From: Macrostomum lignano | Taxonomy: Eukaryota | DNA length: 64,000 bases | NCBI GenBank assembly: GCA_002269645.1 | Contig: NIVC01003169.1 | Span: 51,408-115,407 of the forward strand | Direction: 5' to 3' | Shown here: positions 48,557 to 59,936 of the stretch, piece by piece | Numbering within the stretch: position 1 is the stretch's first letter | Layout of the letters: every line of letters starts with the position of its first letter | Notes under the pieces: generated by a model | What the model was told of the DNA's origin: nothing | The model's input: the letters and a program-made list of their open reading frames with translations, nothing else | The model's database searches: none | Made by a program: the position numbers and the translations under genes

Positions 48557-48784
48557 GAGTACAGATTTCTATCGCCTACTGAGAAGCAGCGACTGAAGAA
48601 TGTGGCTAAAAGGAGGCCCATGACCTTCTGGCGCATAGTGAAAGAAATTGAAAAGCTTGGGGAGGCAGAAAAGAAAGATTTTGCACTCCTTATGTTTCAT
48701 TGCAAAGATAATGCTAAGAACAATGTTACAATTTCACAGTCCTGCCAAGCACGACTTTTTGATCACTTGCAGGCCATGGTTTTG
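48557..48784 (+). other. Candidate coding exon of an unidentified gene or pseudogene
   Basis: CTTTAG|GAG...TTG|GTGAGT, 228 nt, phase 0-0, open frame EYRFLSPTEKQRLKNVAKRRPMTFWRIVKEIEKL...FDHLQAMVL; keeps CpGs within a CpG-poor region. Confidence 0.45.
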
Positions 48785-49129
48785 GTGAGTGAGCAGGGCA
48801 ATATTAAGTAGCATTCCATTTTTCCAAGAGATGCGAATACACCTGATTGTCCTCTAATTTAGACTTACCACACTGGCCACAATGTTGCACAAGTTCAAAA
48901 GCCAACCACTGCTGCACTACGAGATGCCGTGTGCCATATGGCAATGAAGGCATATCATAAGCTCATCTTGCTTTTGCCTGCTTTAGAGTGAAATATAGCA
49001 CTGATGCATATTTTAAAAGCAGAACAATGTATGCTTACAGACATGTAGTTTCTTCTCAACATAGGGGTCGTATTACGATGCATTTCTTAACCTAAGTTTC
49101 ATTGTAAGTCAGAACTTTTAACACAGATG

Positions 49130-49928
49130 AGATAGGTGTTAAGATTGTTCTCAAGATAAAAAAGTTTTGTAGTACGACCACATACTACAAAATTGACATA
49201 ATTTCCAGCACTCTCAAAACACCTTTGCAACCTCCTCATCCACTTTTTGAAGGACTCAGCAAATGCTGAAGTGGGCATGGGGTTTGTGAGACCCCTCCAA
49301 GGCAGTCTCCACCTCCTTGCTCCTTGCCAACACATGCGGGCATGCATTGTTCTGATGCGGGAACCAGCCTCTTTGGACAATTTTCGCTGGATGTGGTCTC
49401 TCAATATGTCCAACACTCCACAGTATTTGTGTACTGTGGACTACATGTAGTAGTCACTGTTCACTGTCTGTCCATGTGGCACATAGTGGGTGTACACTAA
49501 GCCTTGTTGCAATGTTGCCTGCGGTCTGTATAGTTGGCTCCTGGTTCTGGCCATGACCATCTAAGCCAGCTTCATGGTTAGAGCATAGTTGGTCAAAGAT
49601 GTGGTGGACTTGACTTTGGGACAAAGCCTGATCTTGGTGAATATCTTGCAAGTGCTTTAACCACTCCAATGCCGATTTTCCTGCCACAAAGAAGTCCACA
49701 ACAACTTCTCTTTGATGGACAATTTTAAGTCTTGATAAATAGTGTAGGAGTAACTTCAGTAAAGTTAAAAGTGAGCTGCAGAGAGATACAGATAAGATAA
49801 GATAGAAAGCTTAAAATGATGGACTAAGGAGTGGATAAGTTTTTCTTTTAGTCTATGACTTTTTTCCTCAGAGCATAAACTGGTTTTTGACAGAAGCATC
49901 AGTCTTATATTTAGCCAGACAGCCCTCG
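49130..49928 (-). mobile_element. Internally deleted mariner-type element
   Basis: One TIR end CAGCCCTCG|TA at 49928 (CGAGGGCTG-type terminus with TA). HTH-like FFVAGKSALEWLKHLQDIHQDQALSQSQVHHIF and C-terminal FKKWMRRLQRCFESAGNYV. Other TIR not found. Confidence 0.7.
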
Positions 49929-51099
49929 TATTATGTGCTAATTTATATATTTCACTTCTTTAGATGATGCCGGCATGCTCGGCCCAGTTCCCTGGAATGA
50001 ACTGGCTAGGGACAACACCCAATTAGAGAACTTCAAAGTTCCGGGATTTTTTGTCCCAAGTTTATTTTCAAATCCATGGGATTTGAAAGTTGCGGCATGC
50101 AAGGAGATCTTTCTGAATGGCATCGAATTTGTTTGAAGGCCCGAATTTCTTCAAAGTGAAGCTCCTGTAATGCTGGATGACTTGCTTTGTGAATCTGACG
50201 GCGCCTTGACCTAAACAGTGTAGCCAGATATTAGAATTTTTAGGCATTTTATGACAAAGCCTATAGTCATTTCCAGCCTTTCTGGCCTTGCGACCTATAG
50301 CAGTCTGATTCGCCTGCAGTCTTCCTATCGCTTGTGCGCCATTTGGGTTGCTGCAGTTTTGCAACTAGTGTTTGTATGCGCCTACTTTTGTGAAAATAAA
50401 ATTTAGTTTAACAGTGATTAGCAAACTAAGTTAGTTTGCTTAGTTACAATCAAATATGGCAAAATATTGTGAATTTTGTTAATAAAGATCAAATGTGTTT
50501 ATTTTGTTTATTCATAGCAATTTGCATTCTTGTTTTTCTAAAATGTGTTTGGTGCCTTCTTTAGAGTAAAGACAATTTTAGAAAGTTTTGCCCAGTCACT
50601 TCCTAGCTCTGCTGGATATTTTTTGTCTTCTGTTCTTGGGACCTTCTAGCATGCCCTATGTCCCCACACTGCTAACTAAGTGAAGTTTCTTGTGAAGTTA
50701 ATTTGATGATCATTATTCATACTTTTAATTCAGAACAATCCATTACTACAAGCAATGTATAGTTGCGTATGTGGTTTGAGAGATTGACAATGATTAAGTT
50801 TCATGAGTGGTTGCCACACATTGTCTCATAGATAAATGCTTTTGATCAGCATTGAACAATCCATCATTGTTTCATGATAAAGTGAATCTAATTGTTCAAC
50901 GCTAAAAAAAGACGAGAAATTTTGGTTGCATGAGGCCATAGACATAAAGCAAATCTGATTATTTAATGCTAAAAAGACGAGAATTTTGGTTGCTTGAGGC
51001 CATAGACATAAATTTTCTTGGCTAGATTGAAGCTTGTAAGAGCCTGTGTGTACTATTTAGACGATAATAGACAGACAGACACCATTGAGATTATTTTTT

Positions 51100-54000
51100 C
51101 TTATCAAACAAAAAACTGAAAATGATAAATTGGAAGCTTCTACTGGTAGAATATTTGATAGAGTATCATCCAAGGAGTTGCAGTTTCTGTCAAATGTGAG
51201 CTTTCTAGATCACAGCCAAGACCAAGACCTGAAGGACTTCATTGACTTCATAACTGATCATAGCAGGAACGACAACAATGTGCTAGATGTGCAGTTGCTG
51301 GATGAAGACGTCGTAGCCATTAGCGGTGCTAGTAGCGTAGCCAGTGATGGACTATTGTCTTAGTTGGATAACGCCAAGCTGCAATTGCTGCCAAAAACAA
51401 CCAGGGATCAAATGATTCAGCACGGCAGCAAATTTATAAATTACATGGATTCATTTAGTTTACATAGACAAACATTGGCTACAATCAGAGCTGAACAATT
51501 AACCCTCGAAAGATTTTGGGGTCCATTGGACCCCAACGGTATCTTTAGTTAGAATTAAATCATACTAAATATTATGTTAAAACAACCAGATGCTAGGAGA
51601 ATTATTATTTTTGAAGGTATTCAACCGTATAAGCATCGTTGTTCTTATTTTATATAAGCCCAGTTCACCAAGTGAACTTATTATATTGGGGGTTCTTGGG
51701 GTCCAGTGGACCCCGTAACTAATTTTCTATATTTATATAGTTGAAACACATAAAGTCGGTTGGGGCAGTTCAATATTTTCTAAACTTTCTAATATTTTCT
51801 ATTTCTAGAATATTCTATATATAGCTGATGGGTATAAAAGGAGCACCCTCTTGCCCTAATCTTGTGAAAATAGCTATTCTATAACAAAAGATTTTCCAGC
51901 TGATTCATAGAGAAAACTACTATACCAAGCATTTACTCAGCAAGTATTTGCGAAAATTTGCAAAATGGCTTCTTCTAGACCGATGGTCGTAAGAGCTGCT
52001 AAGTCTAGAGCTCTTGAAGTGATTATGAACCAACCAGTTGCTCACCCAGAAGCCCATATTGACGCTGAAGTATCGGACGAAGACGAGGCTCTTTTGGATA
52101 TTGCTGAAGCCGAACAAGATATTGATTTGCCCGATGTTGAAGATGCATCTAGTGATTCATCAAGGCCAGCATCACCTGTTGCTGCCGCAGCTGCTGCTGG
52201 TGATGTTGAAAGAAGTTATCGCAGTCCTAGTGGTCAAGTATGGCACCATGAAACTTCACGTCCTGGACAGAGGCCAGCCTGTAACATCTTGCGCAATAGA
52301 CCAGGAATCACAGCTTACGCTGCAGCACGCATTCATGATGAAGAGTCGGCTTTCCACGTCATCTTTGACAATGACATGGTTGACACAATTGTGATAGAGA
52401 CCAACTGCGAAGCTAGGAGAGTTCTTGGAAATGCTTGGAATCCAACTACCAGAGAGGAAATCAATGCCTTCATTGGCCTAAACATTCTTCGCGGAGTATT
52501 CAAAGGAAGCATGGAGAGCATCGATGAGCTCTGGAGTGAGGAATTCGGAAGAAAGGTTTTCAAGAACTCCATGTCTTTGACGCGCTTCAAGACTATTCGT
52601 TGATTTCTGCGATTTTACAACCGCGAAACTCGAAATGCGCGACTGCAAAGAGATAAGCTTGCCGCTGTGAGGTTGCTGCTTGACGAACTTGTCCAGAACT
52701 CACAGAAGAGTTACTTTCCTAATGAAGCTGTTACTGTAGACGAACAGCTGTTTCCCTATAGAGGAAGATGCAGCTACATACAGTACATGCCAAAGAAGCC
52801 TGCCAAGTATGGGCTGAAGTTCTAGTGCCTAAACGATGCGGCTACTGGGTACTGCTGGAATATCAATATGTATATTGGCCGCGAGGAAGAGCGTGAGGCA
52901 AGCCTTGGTGAGCACGTCGTTTTGAAGTTGACGGAAGGGTTACAAGGATCAGGAATTAGAGTGACCGTCGACAATTTCTTTTGCTCTCTAGCACTAGCAA
53001 GATATTTACTGCAAAGGAATATGTCGCTGCTAGGTTCAATACGGCTGCACAGACGGGAAGTGCCGCTGGAGATGCGAAACCATCAAGGACGTGAGCTGTA
53101 CTCAACTGAGTTTGTTTACACAACTGAAGATCAGATCCAACTGCTTGCTTACAAGGCGAAACCCAATAAGCTTGTACTACTACTCTCTAGCCAGCACAGA
53201 AGTCCCGCGGTGTCTAACAATGCAACAAGAAAGCCGCAAGCAATTCTGGACTACAATAAGACTAAAGGAGGCACGGACTTGATGGACCAGATGACGATGT
53301 GCTACTCAGTGAAGTACAAGTCACGACGATGGCATGTAGCCGTGTTTTGCAATGTGCTAAACATTGCATGCCTTAATGCCTATTACCTCCACCAGGCTGT
53401 CTTCCCAGACAGCTACGGTGCAGTGCCCCATCGAAGAAGGCTGTTTCTGAGAGCACTTGGAATGGCACTGCTGAAGCAACAGCCTGGCCAGAGAGGAGCA
53501 CGTCAGAATCATCCTCAGCGCCCAGTTGCATCAGTGCCAAAGGGAAGATGCCACATGTGTAGCCGCTCTGCTGATCGCAAAACTCGCACACGCTGCACTA
53601 CCTGCCAACGGTACTGTTGCTCGGGGCACCTGCAGTCAGTCTGCCTCGAATGCATGGGGGAGCCTGCAGAGTGAGATTTCTTTTTGTGTGCTATTTACTG
53701 ACAAATTCTGCTTTATCCTTCCTGTTCCAATATATTCGTAGAATTGCAAGACATTATTCATTATACATGTAGTTACACTGCAGTTACAATAATTAGTAAT
53801 TAGCAAATACTAATCAGTACTCTCAGCTTCATTGCCTAATTTCATTTAGAAAGTACCTGAATCAGTTGCTATGTTCTTGAGATAATATGCGACTAATGTA
53901 TTACGTTCGCCATTGTATTGGTAGTTTTTTGCTTTGAACAATAAATAATCAATAAAGCATTGTTAACATGCATCAACTCAGAGGGGTCCATTGGACCCCA

Positions 54001-54390
54001 AATATAATAAACCGACAATTGTTTTCCCCAACGTTCGAGGGTTAAACAAGTTTTTGCAACTCTATTACTTTTGTTTGAAGAAACCTGATGGTGAGCTATA
54101 TTCAGCCACAAGTTTTGTTTGCATTAGAGCTGGAATACAATGTAGGCCTACTTTTGTCATGTCATCAAGCAACAAATAAACCTGGTTGGCAGTTCCAAGT
54201 TTTCAACATCAAATCGAATGCTACAGGTCAGGGTTTGAGAATTTCAATCTGTAGGAGGCGCCCTCAAGCATTATGAACCTATTGAGCTAGGTGATTTAGC
54301 CAAGTTACAAGAATACTTTAATTGCACCACTGGAGAGGCTGCAAGACAAAACCTTATTAATGCTACTCTATGTCTTGGGCAAGCGCGGCT
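51100..54390 (+). pseudogene. Crypton-like tyrosine-recombinase fossil (DUF3504-related), split by piggyBac at TTAA 51499-51502 / 54042-54045
   Basis: Joining across the TTAA gives LPKTTRDQMIQHGSKFINYMDS...EQLNKFLQLYYFCLKKPDGELYSATSFVCIRAGIQ, then after a frameshift INLVGSSKFSTSNRMLQVRV*EFQSVGGALKHYEPIELGDLAKLQEYF...TLCLGQARL. This follows the Crypton/ZMYM pattern (LNxxLxxF...KxDGxxY..S...IRAGIQR; F..SN..L; H..PI...DL.KL..YF). Stops at 51361 and 54236. Confidence 0.7.
51503..54041 (+). mobile_element. Complete piggyBac transposon (PGBD4-like); transposase inactivated by two in-frame stops
   Basis: TTAA TSD on both sides; termini CCCTCGAA...TTCGAGGG. One reading frame 51965-53674 with TGA at 52601 and TAG at 52823. 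Catalytic TVDEQL, TVDNFF, GGTDLMDQ; C-terminal Cys-rich CHMC..C..C..C..H..C..C domain. Confidence 0.95.
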
Positions 54391-55539
54391 ATAATATGAA
54401 CATAATTAGGCCCACAACTAGTTTGTTATACTGCGATACTTTCCATTAATTGCCTCACATCATGTGGCACCTTTTTAAACCCCACATCAGATTTAAATGT
54501 GAAATTTATGTCAATAAAAATTTTGATATGATTTGCTTCTTTATTATTAATTAGTATATTTATACTACTTACTTCAATATATAAAAATGTCAAAAGATAA
54601 TGCTGTTTTTCAACTACAAATAGATCATTATCTTTATAACAATCAAAAAAGAAGCAAAAAAAACATTTTGCCTTAAAATTTCTACCTAGAAGCTTAAAAT
54701 CTGTATTTTTCTGATCTCATGATTGAATCCCAGTATTGGCCAAATTCTGGGATTAAAATCCCAGGATCCTAGGGTTGCAAAAAACTGGGATTTTGCAATT
54801 TGCAAAATTTACAATTTTGCAATCTGAATCTAGGTGTAGGTGGCTGTGTCTATAAGTTTCTGTATTATAGACACGGCCACCGTGTCTCTAAGTGTGGCGT
54901 AAAGAAAGTTTGTATTAAACATTAAATTTAAAATAGCCTAGGGGCCTATTTGTTGCATAGGAAAATTATGCATTGATATAAAAAAATTCCGCATTTGAGT
55001 TGGCGTCCATCTAGGAAAAGATGTGCGTTAAACCCGGTCGATTCACTCAGCTTTAGATATAAAAAATAGCCTATATAGCCGGATCCGGAAAATTTGCAGA
55101 TTTCTAATTTAAGTTTCAACGCTGACTTGCAAGTCTAGGAATAGTGATCGAACATACACACACAGACAAACAAAGCATCACTTTTAGTATATAAATTTGC
55201 AGTTTTCCCATATGCAGGTTTCGACGCTAAATTGACACGCCACTAGTCTAGGAGTTCAATTGCAATAGTAGGCCTATATTATGTATATAAAGAGTCAGAA
55301 TTTTAAAAGCTTGCCTTTATGTTGACTTTATAGTATTTCAAATAGCCGTCGATTTTCCAGGAAGTTTGTTGGTATTAAGACAAATTTTCTTGAAAGCTAG
55401 GAAAGCTAGAATTTCTAAGCTTCCTAACTGTTTGCTGTGCTAAAAAATTCTCTTTTTCAAAATTCTCATATGGAATGGGATGCGTTTAAGCACATTGGCT
55501 TATAGTTTTTATTCTTATTGCATATCGCTTAGCCATGGC

Positions 55540-58500
55540 CCTATGGGGCAGGATACGAATGCCAACGTCAATTAGACGGCGGGCAGTCTTAGCCCTGCGG
55601 ACGAAGATGTCCAGCGGGGGAATGTTGAGGAAAGCGTTGAGGCCATCGTAATGGAGCAGACGGCGGGGCGCTCATGATCATGCGGCATGCGCGCCCTTCG
55701 TTCTACTGAGAGCCTTCAGTCAGGTCTCTTCATCTGCAGGGCGCAAGCCCAGATCAGGCCGCCGTATAACGAGACAGCAGGTCTAACCATTGCAGTGTAG
55801 ATCCACCAGAGACGCTTGGGGGTGAGCCCCAAGGTGGCCGACGGCCCTGCGCAGTTGTGCTAGGACTTCGAGGGCCTTTTTGGCTTTAGCTTAAACGTGG
55901 GGTGGATCAGTTCAGCGTGTGGTCAAGGGTAATTCAAAGACATTTAGTCTGCTTGCAGAGAGGGATTTCAGCGGCTGAATTTGCCACAATTGGTCCTGTT
56001 GGTGAACATGATCGCTCCATCTTAGTCTCAGAGAGCTTTAACCACAACAATGCGCCTACTGCTTAGCGGCGTAGATAAAGTTTTGAAGAAGGTCCCTGAG
56101 GGTGTCAGAGGACGGACAAGACGCCACCGCGGGTGGTGACATCGTCCGCATATCCTACTTTCAGAATGGGGTCAGGCCGAGCATCCTGAAGAAGCTCATC
56201 GATGACCATATTCCAGAGAACTGGAGACAGCACCCCACGTTGCAGGCTACCTTAGCAGATGAGGACCGTCCGCTGGTAGCCCAGACTGGCGGTGGACGTG
56301 CTGTGGCTGATCATGTACATGATCCACCTGGTGAGATGTGAGTGCGTTTGCCCCTCACAACGGCTTCGCTATGAGGATCTTTCTAGACATCATGGGCGCC
56401 TTCGACAACTTCCTCTTCGAGACGTTCAAAAAGCTTTGGAACGCCTCGAAGAGGAAGTTGTCGAAGGCGCCATGATGTCTAGGAAGATACCCAGAGCGAA
56501 GCCGTTTCCAAGCACGGCCTTCGACCAGGACGTGCAGCGCGCTTTCAGTGGAGCAACAACCCGAAAGCGTGCTGGTTTTCGCTGAGAGAGCTTGACCAGG
56601 TAGGAGGTCAGGATGATTGGTCTGAAGTATTTGATATATAGAATGGTAGTCCGAAGGCCTGGCTTAGGTATGAAAATCACCTTTGCTTCGGTCCAAGCCT
56701 GTTGGACATAACGAAGCGGGATGCATGCCCGGAAAAGGCCGTCGGGTCCTGGAGCTTTGAAAGGTTTGAATCGAAGGAGTTGGCCGTTCTTCCGATGCGG
56801 TCCTCCGTGATGATAGAGGGAGCCAGTGCGTGACCTCCTTCAGAGTGGTCCGGAGTGGTCAGCAGGTTGACCGGCTCGTTGGGGAAAAATGCAAGAGAGC
56901 ATTACATCAAGCATTTCACTGGGTTTGTCCGTGAACGTTCCGTCCGGGTTAGGGAATCAGTGTTTCTGGCGTTCTGTCTCCACGTAACAAAATTTGGGCT
57001 GCGCGCGGCCATCAGGTTGAAGGAGATAAACTTGTGATTGGAGAGTGAGGACGCTGAAAGCACCCGCCACGCTCCAATGCTATGGTAGAGCCTGGGTGTT
57101 GCGAGTGTGACATCGATAACCTCCGACCACCGACCGTTGTCAAATGTATGGGTGGACCCAGAGTTGCAAAACTCAAGGGTCGTGGAGGCAAAATAAACTC
57201 GGTGGTTTCAATCCAGCCTTCTGGCTGTTGGGGTGGAGCGCGAGAACCCGCTCAAGGAGGCTCCTAGCCTGGTACAGCGGCGTTGAATCTGACCGGACCT
57301 CCGGGTGCTCCTGACAGGTCTGCGGTTGCGGTTGCCGGATTTAGCAGCGCGAACTGCCCTACCGGACTGGGAATCGGCCGTTTGCCTCTGCTTCTTTGCT
57401 GGAGGAGCCTGGGCTCCAGTTCCGGTTTCGGAAGCATCAGCATGCTAATTGGCTCCGTCAGCTTTCCGCCCTTACAGCGAAGGGTGGTCAGCTGAGCCAG
57501 GCCAAGGTGGATCGTGGACTCAGGCGACAAGCGCTTAGTCCAGGCGTCAGAGAGCCCTAAGATCACCGTGCCCCCTTCTCCTTGCGGGAAGTGGCGTGGG
57601 GTAGGAGCCCGTTGACCTCGAGGTCAGGGTGCACCTTTTGCAGGATCTGCCTAAGCTGATCCCCTGATGGCACTGCCGGCCGGGATCCAGACGCGAAAGC
57701 GCTGGGTCTTTTGTCGCACGCCCTCGCTTGCGAAGACGAGTTGGCCGAGCTTCTTTGGCCAATTCAATTTCGGCAGAAGCTCCTTAGACTGCGGCTGCTC
57801 TCCTCCGAGTTGCACCAGATGAAGATACAGCTAGCCGTCAGTCTTTGCTGATCTGACCACGCTCACGGAGCGGCCTGCCAGGAGCTGGTCAATATAAGCG
57901 CGGCGTTGATGGTGCACCAGGCACTGTCGAGCTCATCGGCAGTGAGGTCTTGCTCCTCCCTGAAGACGATGACCGCCGTTTGGAGCTTGACCTTTAAGGC
58001 GTAGTTGGTGGTCCCGAAGGCCCGGCCGTGCTGATGGCAGGTTTTCTGGGTGGCATACCATCGGGGGTTGTTTCCTGGGGGGCAGGGGTTGCTGTGGTTC
58101 CTATCGGCCTAACAGCAGCCTCGCCCTCCCGAGGTTTCTCCCTCCGCAAGTGGCCAGCCCGCAGCTTCCCTGTCCCGTTGTCGCCGTCGTCGCTCATTCC
58201 GGCGTTGGTTACGAGCACGTCGGGCCTCTGCGGAGGGCCTGGGTGCGCATGTGGGCTTGTCGCCAGACGAGCCGGCGTCGAGCCCAACTGCCCTCAATGT
58301 GGCGGTGCTGGCGCAAGAATCACCGGCTGGAGTTGCCGGGGTCCCGGCTTCAGTGGGATTGTTAGAGGCGGTGGATGTTATTGCTGAAAGCGGGAATTAG
58401 TGAGCGGAGTCACAAAAATAATGAAAAAATGAGAAAAGGACCGCTAGCGACCGGACTACTCCCCGACCTTCCAGCTCATCGGCACGGTCAAACACCTTAG

Positions 58501-58790
58501 ACATCAGAAGGTACGTTAAGCAGTACCACGGCCTGCAGGCTGGCGAGCCAGATTCACATACCCAAGTTCGGCCAAAGCCACTGGAGGGTACCCAGCGTCG
58601 GAGCCCAGTCTGTCCAGCGGTCCTAGGGTTGCTTTGAACACACGCAGGGACGGGTACCCCTGGGTTGGCTTGCGAGACAGCCTGGTGGGGGGGGGGTCTG
58701 CGGCAGCCGGATGCAAATAAAGGGTGCAGACCTCCCACCAGCCTTAACCTGCTGAAGATAGGGGCAGGCGTGAAGCATCGCAGACCTTAG
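55540..58790 (-). mobile_element. Degraded non-LTR retrotransposon (APE-RT, Loa/R1/I-like) with multiple internal deletions
   Basis: Minus strand: ORF1-like remnants (57540-58290); APE C-terminus EFCNSGSTHTFDNGRWSEVIDVTLA..WRV..SLSNH; RT FKPFKAPGPDG, EAKVIFIPKPG, FRPIILTS, ENQHAF, FLDI.GAFDN, LSPVLWNMVIDELL, GYADDV; thumb LGLTPKRLWWIYTAMVRP, FLNIPPLDIF. Boundaries approximate. Confidence 0.88.
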
Positions 58791-59936
58791 CCCATAGGCC
58801 TAGTTGCCTCATACTTCACTGGCATGCTGAATCGCCTTTGCGTGGGTGTATAGCTGTATAGCTCAAGTCAGGAACGAAATTTCAACTTTTTATTTTATAT
58901 TTATCAATAGCGACGGTACAAGTTAAGGACAGTGTATACAGTGGTCCTTGCGACAGTATTTTACGATTGTGAATCGTATTAATTTGATTAAGGACTTAAG
59001 TTAAATATCACGGGAGCAGCTGTGGCGCATGGTACCTAGCTAGTATATATACATGTAGCAACTGTAGTAGCTGGCTGCTACGAGTTTAGAGCTTTTGGAA
59101 ATTTTGGTTATAGCGCTCTGTGGCAAGTATATTTCTTGTCTTATTATAAGCTCGGGGCTTTTCTACCCAGAGTACTAACTGCAGTTGGCGCTGCAATCTG
59201 GTTTTAATTTTCAATTTCCTCAAACACAAGCATGTTTTGCTTGATAAGTAAAAAAAATTACTGCTAGACGACGCATCTCCCAGGAAATCATGTGATTCAT
59301 GACGCACTGTACGTTTGCATACGAACGATACGAGCGTACACCAAGAGAGAAGAAAGATTTCTTGTGCCAGAGGCACAAGATATGGGGCGGGGTTTCTCAG
59401 AAATACAGATGAAGCTGAGCAATCTAGGAGCGAGATATGACGTTCAACCGAAGCTGCACAACCCTCTCTCCCACTACCGAGTTGCCATTGGTTATATTCA
59501 AATCCCATCTCCAAATCTTCTTCTCTTCCCCTTGAACCCCCACGCGCTTGTTTCATTTTAACTCCCATTTAGCTATGCGCGCGACAATCTTGGGTCTGAT
59601 AAGTGTTGATAAAACGGCGAGAGGTCGCGGGCTTAGACTATATTTTTTTCGTTTTACCGGCCATAATATTAACAAAGGCAATCTCCTAAACGACTGATAT
59701 TCAGCAAATTAGCCCGCAATTGAAACCTATGCAGGATGGGCTCTTGCTGTAGCCGTTGCACTAATGATGACGATGCATCCGCTGTTATGGCGCAACTAGT
59801 GATGGATTTTTAGCTGCGGCTTCATTTCCATCGTCAGTGACACCTGTAAGTTTCCGGCCGCGCCAACAGCATGACGAAATTATTCAACAGCAAATCTTGC
59901 CGCCTGTAAAGCAGGGGTAGAGAACGCAGCTTTCAG

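Noticed and set aside
50134-50136. In-frame TGA as selenocysteine
   Set aside because: No selenoprotein motif or SECIS was recognised; CGA>TGA decay or a true stop is more likely in this CpG-depleted region.
56102-56585. Plus-strand ORFs as a separate gene
   Set aside because: They are antisense to, or the inverted copy of, the LINE reverse-transcriptase sequence.
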